From the IMG/VR virus record IMGVR_UViG_3300027963_000048, positions 1 to 64,000 of that record: a stretch of 64,000 nt of DNA. One strand, written 5' to 3'. This DNA is from a virus. Under the pieces are notes generated by a model. That model was given only the letters and a program-made list of their open reading frames with translations. It was not told the DNA's origin and did no database searches. The translations under genes were made by a program, and so were the position numbers. Below are positions 55,222-64,000 of the stretch, in pieces (position 1 is the first letter of the stretch; each line of letters begins with the position of its first letter).

Positions 55222-56484
55222 ATGACTGATGCCGCAATTACCGTTATCCTTAACGGCTATAAACGACCACACGTGTTAGCCGAGCAGTTGCAAGCTATCG
55301 AAAGTCAGACAATCAAGCCCGTTCAAATTATGTTTTGGAAAAATGCCAGCGACGCCACCTTTGACCAAGACCTAATTGCCAGATGTCAATCATTTACCAG
55401 TAGCGTAAATGTGGGTGTATGGGGACGATTTGCGTTAGCCCTGCTAGCGGAAGGCGAATACGTTTGCGTCTTCGATGACGACACAGTTCCGGCCCCAAGA
55501 TGGCTCGAAAACTGCGTGACCTCGATGAAAAAACGAAGGGGGCTCTTCGGTACCATCGGTGTCGTTTTCGACACAGACCAAGGCTACGATGGACAAATCA
55601 GGCGCTTCGGCTGGGATACTCCCATTGACGATATTAAACAAGTAGACATAGTCGGTCACAGTTGGTTCTTTGAAAAGAAAATGCTAGAATATTTCTGGCG
55701 AGAAATCCCAGACCGTAAATTTTACCTATGCGGCGAAGACATGCACTTCTCATACATGCTGCAAAAATATGCGAACTTGCCTACTTTAGTCCCACCGCAT
55801 CCAGCTCAAGATCAATCACTCTACGGTTCAATTCCGGAAAAAGCGATGAAATATGGGATGGAGCCGGTCGCAATTTCACATGGCACCAATTGCAACGTTA
55901 AATTCAACGATTACCTGTTCAAGATACGAAGTGGAGGTTTCAAGCTGCTAAAAGATAATTACCAAAGACCATACTTAATAACACAATTTAAATTTATAGA
56001 TGTTTACGATGCTACGGTCTCAGATGGAGCGCCAGACTGGCGTACCCCATATGAATTGGGCCTTGCTTATAAATTCCTTGCTACGCTAGCACGCCTTAAT
56101 ACTACCATGTCAGTAAAGTATAATAGTGAGTCGATGTCGCTGGTAAACAAGCATCCGTTCCCACTGGATACTGAAAAACCAACCATTTACGTTGACGTGA
56201 AGGGAATAGATCTAAGCCAAGCGGACTGCATTGAGCGCTTGCGCAGTAAGATCGACCTGATTAATCACGGTGGTTACTATATTGGTTCAAGCCTTTTTAA
56301 CGGAGCTACGGAACATCCCGAAAATGGCCAGCACATCGATATGCTTAAACAGTTAGAAGCTATGGTTGGGGCACCGGTTGAAGGCAAGAATTCTATCATC
56401 AAGCTAAATGGGTCAAATAGCACAAATCCAGACACAAATCATATGTTAGATTCGATCTTGTTCCTCATTATAAAGAAGATCTAA
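55222..56484 (+). CDS. GT2-family glycosyltransferase with an extra C-terminal domain
   Basis: ITVILNGYKRP, YVCVFDDD, GEDMHFS; C-terminal ~170 aa possibly a decayed methyltransferase (LINHGGYY). Confidence 0.8.
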   Translation: MTDAAITVILNGYKRPHVLAEQLQAIESQTIKPVQIMFWKNASDATFDQDLIARCQSFTSSVNVGVWGRFALALLAEGEYVCVFDDDTVPAPRWLENCVTSMKKRRGLFGTIGVVFDTDQGYDGQIRRFGWDTPIDDIKQVDIVGHSWFFEKKMLEYFWREIPDRKFYLCGEDMHFSYMLQKYANLPTLVPPHPAQDQSLYGSIPEKAMKYGMEPVAISHGTNCNVKFNDYLFKIRSGGFKLLKDNYQRPYLITQFKFIDVYDATVSDGAPDWRTPYELGLAYKFLATLARLNTTMSVKYNSESMSLVNKHPFPLDTEKPTIYVDVKGIDLSQADCIERLRSKIDLINHGGYYIGSSLFNGATEHPENGQHIDMLKQLEAMVGAPVEGKNSIIKLNGSNSTNPDTNHMLDSILFLIIKKI

Positions 56485-57450
56485 CAGTTTACCGGCTGCG
56501 AAACCATCACCGTAAGGTGACGGTAACACAACGCGATACTGTAATTTAGCTGAAAATAATTCATGTAATTGGCGTGGACTAGGACACAAGAATGCATGAG
56601 TATCGATACCCTCTACGCGTTCCGTACTCGCACGACATACAATCGCTGTCTTCTTGAGAAATGAAGCCTCCTCCTGTATCCCACCAGAGTCGGTAATCAC
56701 CAGCTTGCATCTCGCCAGCAAAGCAAGGCAGTCGTCATGAGGCAAAGGGTCCACAGCGTGCACTTTTCTTAAGATGCTCACGTGCTTGGTTACACTAGGG
56801 TTATGATGCGCTGGTAATATGAATTTAAGCTCCGGGTAAGCTAAGGCTAGATTTTCGAAAGCCTTAAACCATGCTTCTATATGCTGCAAGTTCTCACGAC
56901 GATGCATGGTAATTAGCACTTCATCACCATAAGTGACGCTAAGATCCCTAAGATTATCGAGTGCCGTATTACCGATCACTGGTGCTAGAGCGTAAATCTT
57001 CTCATTACGTAGGTTGGTGGCAGCCCGTTGCGTAGGACAAAGATTGATCGTAGCTATTCGACTGATCATCTGCCTATATGCTTCTTCCGGATATGGACGC
57101 TTCAGATCGTACGTTCTAAGCCCAGCTTCTAGATGCAAAAGGATCTTGTTGCGATGAAACGCAGCCAGAGCGCAAGTTAATGCAGTAGCCGTATCGCCCT
57201 GCACAATCACATGGCTAATACCGTTGAAGATCTGGTCAGTCATAGCTCCAATTGAGCTAACTATTGCATCAAGTCTGTTATCAGCATACGATACTGAAAG
57301 CACGTGGTCAGCTGGTTCGGTCACCTCTAGATTATAGTGTTGGCCAATATATAATGTCCTGTAGGAAATGCTACGGGCTTTGCATTCCTTGATGATCGGT
57401 TTAAGCTTAATATATTCAGGTCTGGTGCCGTAGCATAGTAAAATCGGCAT
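56446..57450 (-). CDS. wecB: UDP-N-acetylglucosamine 2-epimerase
   Basis: GTRPEYIK, GQH, VQGDT, HLEAGLRT, PEE, TMHRREN, TDSGGIQEEA, PYGDG. Confidence 0.95.
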   Translation of the reverse strand: MPILLCYGTRPEYIKLKPIIKECKARSISYRTLYIGQHYNLEVTEPADHVLSVSYADNRLDAIVSSIGAMTDQIFNGISHVIVQGDTATALTCALAAFHRNKILLHLEAGLRTYDLKRPYPEEAYRQMISRIATINLCPTQRAATNLRNEKIYALAPVIGNTALDNLRDLSVTYGDEVLITMHRRENLQHIEAWFKAFENLALAYPELKFILPAHHNPSVTKHVSILRKVHAVDPLPHDDCLALLARCKLVITDSGGIQEEASFLKKTAIVCRASTERVEGIDTHAFLCPSPRQLHELFSAKLQYRVVLPSPYGDGFAAGKLLDLLYNEEQDRI

Positions 57451-57451
57451 G

Positions 57452-58522
57452 TTATTCCTCTAAAGCGTATTCAAACTTCCAGCCATACATCTTTCTCAAT
57501 TGATCTATGACCTGCTGACGTTCTACTATAGTGACCTTCGTGCCCTTAGCGGCGATTGCGTTAGCAAAAGCGAGACGCTGCGAATTATCTAATATAGTTG
57601 ATTCATCTTTAAAGGTCACACGGTCCATCACAATGGACGTTTGGTCCTTAGCCTCGTCAACCATAAACATCAAGTGCGAGTCGTTTGCTTGATCTATGGC
57701 TACGTTTAGTTCAGCCGAGATTTTCACATCCTCAGAAGCTTTAATATAAGCTTTATTGTCGCGAGGTAAGCACGGTCCACCATAGCCAAATCCGTACTTA
57801 AGACAATGGTGATTTATTCTTCTGTCGTCGCCTATAGCATTTAGTACCACATCAGAGTTGCCTTTATATCTAGATACCATATCGCCTACTTTATTAGCAT
57901 ACGCTATCTTCATCGTCAGGAAAACATTGGTTGCTAATTTGGTAATTTCAGCCTCGGCAAACGACATCATCTTTACGGACGGCTTATTGAGACAAATGCT
58001 GCGATGTAATTCTGCAATTATGGACATCGACCTTGTGTCGGTGCCCCCGATCAACACCACGTCTTGGTTCTGCTGGTCTCGAATGATCGACCCCTGAGCG
58101 ATGAATTCAGGGTTATAAATGAGATGGTTATGATCCACTAGATTTAGCACAGTAGCGCAATAGCCTGGCATAACAGTAGAATTAATGGCTATTACTTTAT
58201 CACGTAGCCCTAAGGCTCGGATATCACGCAGCGCCTGCGTGATCAAAGTGTGATCGTAAGACCCATCAGGCAAGCTGGGTGTGGGCAGGACTATGAAGAT
58301 GACATCTGCCTCTGCGATGTGAGAGAGGTCATCTCCGATGATCAACCTTGAATCGGCAAGGTAACTCTCTACCATTGGCTCCGCAGTGTGTAGTGCTTTG
58401 GTCCTGATCGCCTCGACCAATTTAGCATCTGTGTCACATGCATAGATTTGGTGGCCCGCTTTGTCAAGATTAAGGGCAAGACATAAGCCTAATTTCCCAA
58501 CACCTATGATGCCGATCTTCAT
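57452..58522 (-). CDS. UDP-glucose/GDP-mannose family nucleotide-sugar dehydrogenase
   Basis: IGIIGVGKLG, LPTP, NSTVMPG, NPEFIAQG, AEITKLATN, GYGGPCLPRD. Confidence 0.93.
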   Translation of the reverse strand: MKIGIIGVGKLGLCLALNLDKAGHQIYACDTDAKLVEAIRTKALHTAEPMVESYLADSRLIIGDDLSHIAEADVIFIVLPTPSLPDGSYDHTLITQALRDIRALGLRDKVIAINSTVMPGYCATVLNLVDHNHLIYNPEFIAQGSIIRDQQNQDVVLIGGTDTRSMSIIAELHRSICLNKPSVKMMSFAEAEITKLATNVFLTMKIAYANKVGDMVSRYKGNSDVVLNAIGDDRRINHHCLKYGFGYGGPCLPRDNKAYIKASEDVKISAELNVAIDQANDSHLMFMVDEAKDQTSIVMDRVTFKDESTILDNSQRLAFANAIAAKGTKVTIVERQQVIDQLRKMYGWKFEYALEE

Positions 58523-58533
58523 AGCCAGCCTCA

Positions 58534-59142
58534 CTAGCTCACAAGACGCTGTATGGCCGAATGGACCTGGTCGGTCCAGCGATCGCCACGCACATCTGTT
58601 ATGTGTTCAATATATACATCTTGGTGTCTGCTCGCCATCTGCGGATTGTTAGTTAATAGTAATAGCTTACTATTAGGCCGACTGTGTATGAAATATTCCC
58701 ATAATTTCACTCGATCGTATGTTACAACAAATGGTAAAACTGACCAGCTTGATTTGGCATAATCGTTATATGGATCTTCGTCTATAGCGTGTCTACAGAA
58801 CAATATTTCATCTGTGCTGTAGAATACGCTGAGCAAACGGTGTAATCTTCTCTGATACGTGGTTCTGACCTCGTCGTTCTCTACCCACCATGGTTCAACG
58901 CGTGCATATTCATGGAACAAGAAGGCATCATTGTCTGGAGACAATAGAAACCCGTCACGCAGGTAACGCATATTAAAATCGAAGAAATGCTTGCCGCCAG
59001 ACGCAATACATTTGGTGACGAAGGATTGAGAAGTGATATTCCAGTCAAACGGGTACGCTGGTTGGTTAAACTTCCTAATTACAGTGGTTAACATGCAGCC
59101 GCCGTAGCCGCCTAGATTTACTATTATCACATTTTGATCCAA
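58534..59142 (-). CDS. DUF1796-like protein
   Basis: NLGGYGGC, YPFDWN, FHE, YQRRLHRL. Confidence 0.65.
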   Translation of the reverse strand: MDQNVIIVNLGGYGGCMLTTVIRKFNQPAYPFDWNITSQSFVTKCIASGGKHFFDFNMRYLRDGFLLSPDNDAFLFHEYARVEPWWVENDEVRTTYQRRLHRLLSVFYSTDEILFCRHAIDEDPYNDYAKSSWSVLPFVVTYDRVKLWEYFIHSRPNSKLLLLTNNPQMASRHQDVYIEHITDVRGDRWTDQVHSAIQRLVS

Positions 59143-59984
59143 TTATCTAAATAAAGCCTACGATGCAATAAATCTGGCTCAGTACCCATGAAGTAATCTT
59201 TTGGCGCTACAATTGATTTTACGGGTTTGGCTAAATAACCAACCCATAGACCAAAAGTGGTGAATGGCGATAAGATGCTGCCATCACACAATTCCATTAG
59301 TTTAAAATCTTCAAGTGTGTTATTTCCGCTGGAAAAGATGAAATTATAACGATATTCTGCTAGGATCTGTTTTGCTGCAGTTAAATCACGGTCATGTTGG
59401 CCTTCCTTAACATCTCTTGACCCGCCAGCGAAGACGAAATAATCGGCATTACCGAAGTATTCGAAGGCTCTGTCTAGATAATTTTTCAATGGATCGCCCA
59501 TCATCACAGCTTCGCACGTATCTTTCTGTGGGCTCATGAATATGTTATCGCCCAGGCGTAAATGCAGGCTAACGACTTTACTGTGCTTGCGTGACGGCGC
59601 TATTGCTTCAAACTTATGATGTGCGCTGGCGAACGTGTTAGAGTTAGCGTTAAGGCCTACACACTTCCTTATCTGAGGCAGATGCTGTTCGAAGTAGCGT
59701 ACATCTTGAAAATATCCAGCGATATCGACATTGTCAGGTGTTTGAAAAAATCCGTCAGTATATGTGCTAGCTTCTTCTACGGTGCAACCGGTTTTGACTT
59801 CTTTAAATTCTTCTGGGATGTTTAGATGCTTCAGTAGGCATTCTTGATTGTGCCATATTTTGGTGTCGGTGGGCGGTAAACACATTTCGTAGTTATTCGT
59901 CAGGGCTAAGCTTTTGAGTGCAGCGTACTGGAACAACTGGTTACCAAATCGACCCATAGTGCCGATTCTAGAAAACGTTATCAT
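59127..59984 (-). CDS. GT11 alpha-1,2-fucosyltransferase-like glycosyltransferase
   Basis: GRFGNQLFQYA, GYFQ, LHLRLGD, DFKLM..C, TTFGLWVGYL. Confidence 0.9.
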   Translation of the reverse strand: MITFSRIGTMGRFGNQLFQYAALKSLALTNNYEMCLPPTDTKIWHNQECLLKHLNIPEEFKEVKTGCTVEEASTYTDGFFQTPDNVDIAGYFQDVRYFEQHLPQIRKCVGLNANSNTFASAHHKFEAIAPSRKHSKVVSLHLRLGDNIFMSPQKDTCEAVMMGDPLKNYLDRAFEYFGNADYFVFAGGSRDVKEGQHDRDLTAAKQILAEYRYNFIFSSGNNTLEDFKLMELCDGSILSPFTTFGLWVGYLAKPVKSIVAPKDYFMGTEPDLLHRRLYLDNWIKM

Positions 59985-60625
59985 ATGGTCCTCATATTTT
60001 TAAAAACAGTGAACTCAGTTAAATCTCGATAGCCATTGATCTCTTGGCTATCAGGAACATGCTCGGGATAATTGTGCATCAGCTCTAAGCCCCGGGCTGC
60101 GACAGAAGGCGCCATGTACATGTTCCAGCCACAGAACGTGATATCATCTTCCTTGTAGAATTTCTCGGACCGTCCTTCATAACGCGCTTTTTTAAGCCAA
60201 TTAACGGCATCTATATTATCAGTCAATATCATGCCGCCTTTGCCAATATTCAACTGCTTCTTAATATGAAAACTCAAGCAGTAAAACTGGCCTGCATTAT
60301 ACATTTTCGAGGTGAAACGTTTAGCACTGTCGTGGATAGGATACGGTTTAAGCTGGTATTGGCCAGTCCAGTGGTTTACGCTCCCACTCTTATCAAAGAC
60401 TACTTCACCACCGGCGTGGATTATCGACATCGGCACGCTGAGGTAAGTCTTTGCTGGAATGGTGACAGTTTGCACATTCAAGTACTTGCAGCAAAGGAAT
60501 ATCGCATTTGTACATGAATCTACGGAGACTGCATAAGGTGCTCCGGTATAATGTGCCACTTCATCTTCAAACATCTCAACGATTTTAAAAGGGTTATGCT
60601 TCGATAGATTAGCGGGCATCATCAC
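59981..60625 (-). CDS. DegT/DnrJ/EryC1/StrS PLP aminotransferase, short form
   Basis: FEDEVAHYTGAPYAVSVDSCTNAI, DSA, LSFHIKK, GKGGMILTD, GWNMYM; only 214 aa. Confidence 0.85.
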   Translation of the reverse strand: MMMPANLSKHNPFKIVEMFEDEVAHYTGAPYAVSVDSCTNAIFLCCKYLNVQTVTIPAKTYLSVPMSIIHAGGEVVFDKSGSVNHWTGQYQLKPYPIHDSAKRFTSKMYNAGQFYCLSFHIKKQLNIGKGGMILTDNIDAVNWLKKARYEGRSEKFYKEDDITFCGWNMYMAPSVAARGLELMHNYPEHVPDSQEINGYRDLTEFTVFKNMRTI

Positions 60626-61019
60626 GTTCCAGGATGTAATACTTCTGTTTAAAGCCAGCCTTTAGGAACAGCTGAAGACTAGCCTCGTTATCAACCTTCA
60701 CCTTTGCGTAAAGTCCTTTGCGATTTTTTAGGTATTCGTTGATCATGAACGACGCTATGCCTTTGTTCTTGTGCTCGTGCACAACGCAAACCCTCAGGTC
60801 GCCATCTATGTCCCCCACGAAACCAACAGGCTCATCAGCATCTGTGACACAAATCTTGTAATCTTGATGATGATCCATCATATATGCTGTCTGCTGGTCT
60901 GGAGTAATTTGGACTTGCTGTATAAACCCTTGGGCATTGCGTGGATCGTTCCTTAAGCTTCGGACGAAACCCCAATAATCAAGAGAGCAATTCACCAGTT
61001 TATACTTTACCATATGCAT
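60609..61019 (-). CDS. GNAT N-acetyltransferase (PseH-like)
   Basis: LRNDP..ITPDQQ, HKNKGIA, NEASLQLFLKAGF. Confidence 0.85.
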   Translation of the reverse strand: MHMVKYKLVNCSLDYWGFVRSLRNDPRNAQGFIQQVQITPDQQTAYMMDHHQDYKICVTDADEPVGFVGDIDGDLRVCVVHEHKNKGIASFMINEYLKNRKGLYAKVKVDNEASLQLFLKAGFKQKYYILERDDAR

Positions 61020-61777
61020 AGCTTCCTCATATCATCGTGCGTTTCACCTTTATGTATATGGAGGTAGCCCCTATTGCATGTAAGTCCAAGTAGATGATTC
61101 ATCGTAGTGCCAACATTAATGTAAGTGTTCTGTGGATTAACTTGATGTAGTCTATGAATGAGCATTTGAGTCAAGCTAGACGCTGAGAAGATGAAAAGAT
61201 GATTCGTTATTTGAGACTCCTGCACCCATTGGGTCATTTCCTCAATAAGTGGCTGATCATTCACTATACAGTTAGTGCCTACTTTAAACCATTTCACAGG
61301 CTTAACTGTAGGATGCAGATTGGCGCTGCCGTTAGCTATTAAAACTAACGTGGGATGTGCAAGGATCAACGGCAATATGTGGTCTAAAAAATACGGATAA
61401 TTGCCATTTACAAGAAGATTAGCCCAAGTCCAATATTTAGTCTCTGCACACAAGGTATCGAAGAACATCCTGTTCTCGTGGCCCACGCAACATTTGCATG
61501 ATATACCTTTATAGTACTCTGGCGCATCGTACTTAAATGAAGCTATCAACTTGTCGACTATCTGTCGGTGAGCCACCGGATCTACGTCTTTGTGATCCTC
61601 TGGAGCCCAGGCAGCATGATACCTCTGATCGCCAACTATCGACTCATCTGCGCTAAGCCTTAAACGCTTTCCTTGCATGATAAACATTTCGCCATCGGAG
61701 TAGCGCGTGAATGCAAAGTTTTCACCATTTAGCATCTTGGTATGCAAATGGGTCAAATCTGACCTAAATTCTTTCAT
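61007..61777 (-). CDS. GT-D fold (DUF1792-like) glycosyltransferase
   Basis: FAFTRYSDGE at the N-terminus, YINVG near the C-terminus. Confidence 0.7.
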   Translation of the reverse strand: MKEFRSDLTHLHTKMLNGENFAFTRYSDGEMFIMQGKRLRLSADESIVGDQRYHAAWAPEDHKDVDPVAHRQIVDKLIASFKYDAPEYYKGISCKCCVGHENRMFFDTLCAETKYWTWANLLVNGNYPYFLDHILPLILAHPTLVLIANGSANLHPTVKPVKWFKVGTNCIVNDQPLIEEMTQWVQESQITNHLFIFSASSLTQMLIHRLHQVNPQNTYINVGTTMNHLLGLTCNRGYLHIHKGETHDDMRKLCIW

Positions 61778-62468
61778 GGTGTTTACCGTTCATCAGTACC
61801 AGCACAGGTTGATATGGCGTCATCTCCACCGTATTTATCGTCTGCTCCCACCAATTCGCCGTAAGGCCGAATTGATCCAGAATATTCCACCGTTCACATA
61901 ATTTTATCAGCCTTTTTCCGTAGATGCGGTGCACGTTGAAAACTGTAAGATCCCTACCGACTGGAACAGCTAAAAAATGCAAACCATTGGGCCTAACTAG
62001 GTCTACCAATTTTGTCATAGTCTTTAAATCGCCGTTAGCATCAATAGGATCGCCATATCTTCCAAGGCCATCATGTTCCACGGAAGAGATATTAAGGCAA
62101 GCGTCGAAGCGTCGGTTTAGGCTTTCGGGCTTCACATACTTAATGGCCTCATTGACAAATGGCCGATCGCCATATTCTGAGACGGTGACAGTAGCTGCTC
62201 CAAATACAAGGCAGATAGCCTCATACCATGGGTTAGCTGAACCTATTAGTAGAACATCCATGCCAACTATAGGGTACTGCCTTAGTGCTTGATAGAGCCA
62301 TGCGTCAGTTTCGCCGTAATAATAAGTCGCTCCGGTTCGGACCGCATCCATGTATTCGATAAATCTGGCTGGTGTATAGTTTAATGAATGGTCTAGCTTA
62401 GAGTCATCCCTCACGTTAAATGCTATAGGCTCATCTAGTTGAGCCAGATATTGGTTTAAAGCACTCAT
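61764..62468 (-). CDS. DUF268 methyltransferase-like protein
   Basis: LIGSANPWYE, SSVEHDGLGRYGDPIDANGD, AVPVG.D...FNVHRIYG. Confidence 0.85.
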   Translation of the reverse strand: MSALNQYLAQLDEPIAFNVRDDSKLDHSLNYTPARFIEYMDAVRTGATYYYGETDAWLYQALRQYPIVGMDVLLIGSANPWYEAICLVFGAATVTVSEYGDRPFVNEAIKYVKPESLNRRFDACLNISSVEHDGLGRYGDPIDANGDLKTMTKLVDLVRPNGLHFLAVPVGRDLTVFNVHRIYGKRLIKLCERWNILDQFGLTANWWEQTINTVEMTPYQPVLVLMNGKHHERI

Positions 62469-62518
62469 TGCGACACCTTTAGTATTCTCTGTACTATATA
62501 ATTACCCAAAATTAAAGG

Positions 62519-63088
62519 ATGGGAAATAGATTTAGCTCTCCTGACATTCCTTCAGTAGAATGCAACTATATTGAATCGATCTTAGTAAAGTTGGTACATT
62601 ACATAAATAAAGCCCTTAAGGTATCGTATAGGCCATGCGACTTTTGGGGCTTTGCATGGACTTGCTACCACAAGTGCAAAGTATACGAGACTCATTGGCG
62701 CTATTATTTTTTTATCAGCTTATATCGTATAATCTATCAATTTATTCTTAAGGAAAATCAGAACGTAGCCCTGAGACTTAGGGGCAAGGATCTAGTTGAT
62801 AAACTGGAGGCTACACAAATGAACACTTTAAACACCGCATGGCACAACTTCCTTAAAACAAACGGTGGAATAGAGCACGTTGTAGAAGTCTTGCTGTTTG
62901 ACCAGCCAAAAGCCCAACGTCAAATGATAATAGATCACTACGTGAATGGAATGACGACTGAAGAAATCGGTAAGGCGTATGGGATTACCAAAAACAGAGT
63001 TAGACAGTTAATGAAAGCGAATTTAGCACTGCTTAAGGAATTCTTATATTATGTTAAGGATCTAGGTGAATTTTTATCTGAATTATAG
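62519..63088 (+). CDS. small sigma-factor-like protein (region 4 HTH)
   Basis: QPKAQRQMIIDHYVNGMTTEEIGKAYGITKNRVRQLMKANL. Confidence 0.7.
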   Translation: MGNRFSSPDIPSVECNYIESILVKLVHYINKALKVSYRPCDFWGFAWTCYHKCKVYETHWRYYFFISLYRIIYQFILKENQNVALRLRGKDLVDKLEATQMNTLNTAWHNFLKTNGGIEHVVEVLLFDQPKAQRQMIIDHYVNGMTTEEIGKAYGITKNRVRQLMKANLALLKEFLYYVKDLGEFLSEL

Positions 63089-63466
63089 GACTCTTGCACC
63101 GAAGAAGCAAGGCCCCTCAGCTCCGAGCCAATCGTATAATCTATCGCCTGGTTCGAACGACATTGTTGTTCTGCTGCCATCTATCAATTGGAGATGGATG
63201 ACCCCATTGTCATACACCTTTTTAAACCTACGCATTCTGACGCCTTCTACTGACGGTCTCCGAGAGGCATCGCTCAAATAAAGTCTCAGACTAGCATATT
63301 CTGGTATAGTGCTGCCAAAGAACACCTTCACTCCTAAACTGCATAGCTTGTTGCAGCTGGCGAGTTCACCGTCAGGGAAGATAAAATCAAAACCAAAGTA
63401 ATTGATATTACCTATTACAGCGTCAAATTGTGGCGCTCTTTGGCAGTTCATAGGAATCTCGCGCAT
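63083..63466 (-). CDS. hypothetical protein
   Basis: 127-aa ORF with GAGG RBS. Confidence 0.6.
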   Translation of the reverse strand: MREIPMNCQRAPQFDAVIGNINYFGFDFIFPDGELASCNKLCSLGVKVFFGSTIPEYASLRLYLSDASRRPSVEGVRMRRFKKVYDNGVIHLQLIDGSRTTMSFEPGDRLYDWLGAEGPCFFGARVL

Positions 63467-63490
63467 AGCTTCCTCTCTATGACGTGTATA

Positions 63491-63523
63491 AACAAAAACG
63501 CCCAGGATTATACACCCTGGGCG
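63491..63523 (-). terminator. intrinsic terminator
   Basis: Minus strand cgcccagg-loop-cctgggcg followed by tttttgtt. Confidence 0.75.
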
Positions 63524-63530
63524 ACGTCAT

Positions 63531-63782
63531 TTAATCGGCGTGAATCATATCAACTTGGTTGTCATTAACGCTAGCGAAATAACTACCTACCATCGTGCTA
63601 CCGTAGGTGTTGGATTTGAAGACGTTAATGCGATAATAGCGTCCGAATAAATGATGGCACAAGGATTTATCGAAAATCGGCTTATCAACCTTGGTCCAGA
63701 GTGACTCGACTATGTCGTCAACCGACACCTTGACTTTTATTTCTTTTTCTTTAGCCATGTTCGAACTCAATATCTCAGCCAT
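63531..63782 (-). CDS. hypothetical protein
   Basis: GGGGAG RBS before ATG at 63782. Confidence 0.6.
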   Translation of the reverse strand: MAEILSSNMAKEKEIKVKVSVDDIVESLWTKVDKPIFDKSLCHHLFGRYYRINVFKSNTYGSTMVGSYFASVNDNQVDMIHAD

Positions 63783-63829
63783 GATACTCCCCCTATATTC
63801 CACTCTGAACCCAACTACATGTGGCAGTA

Positions 63830-64000
63830 TTATTGATCCTTGAGTATGGGCAACTTACGTCTCCTGTATTCCCTGACAAGTGCTAGATACATCGGATTTG
63901 GATCGCTGTCATAATACATATCATCTGCACTAGGCCCGCTGCATCCATAGTGTATCTCATCATCGCCGTCTCTTTTTAATTTAGCAATGATGTTAGCAAG
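63830..64000 (-). CDS. partial CDS (3' end) running off the window
   Basis: Open frame of 57 codons ending ...EYRRRKLPILKDQ*. Confidence 0.5.
   Translation of the reverse strand, partial: LANIIAKLKRDGDDEIHYGCSGPSADDMYYDSDPNPMYLALVREYRRRKLPILKDQ

Noticed and set aside
1-64000. tRNA, rRNA or group I intron
   Set aside because: No cloverleaf or rRNA-like segments were seen; intergenic gaps are short and the nrdJ insertions are in-frame with intein termini.

Overview
This 64 kb window looks like a fragment of a large T4-like (jumbo-type) tailed phage genome, densely coding in the standard genetic code with frequent strand switches. The head module runs small terminase candidate, large terminase, portal, a 1075-aa acidic core protein, prohead protease, scaffold and major capsid protein. 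It also carries baseplate/tail-type genes, a UvsW-like helicase, ThyX, a class II ribonucleotide reductase with two LAGLIDADG inteins, and four sigma-factor-like genes. About 20 glycosyltransferase, sugar-nucleotide and methyltransferase genes are present, one block sitting inside the head operon. The most interesting hypothesis is a set of non-structural-looking proteins sharing an N-terminal hydrophobic-x-E motif like T4 prohead-protease sites and capsid-targeting peptides. These include a T3-type SAM lyase, a highly diverged 604-aa sigma-like protein, an XRE-HTH protein and an expanding family of GTxWCT-domain/helical-repeat proteins, which may be virion-packaged injected cargo. ThyX and the first sigma factor hint at a Planctomycetota host. 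All family calls come from visual motif recognition; no searches were run. No tRNA, rRNA or CRISPR array was seen.
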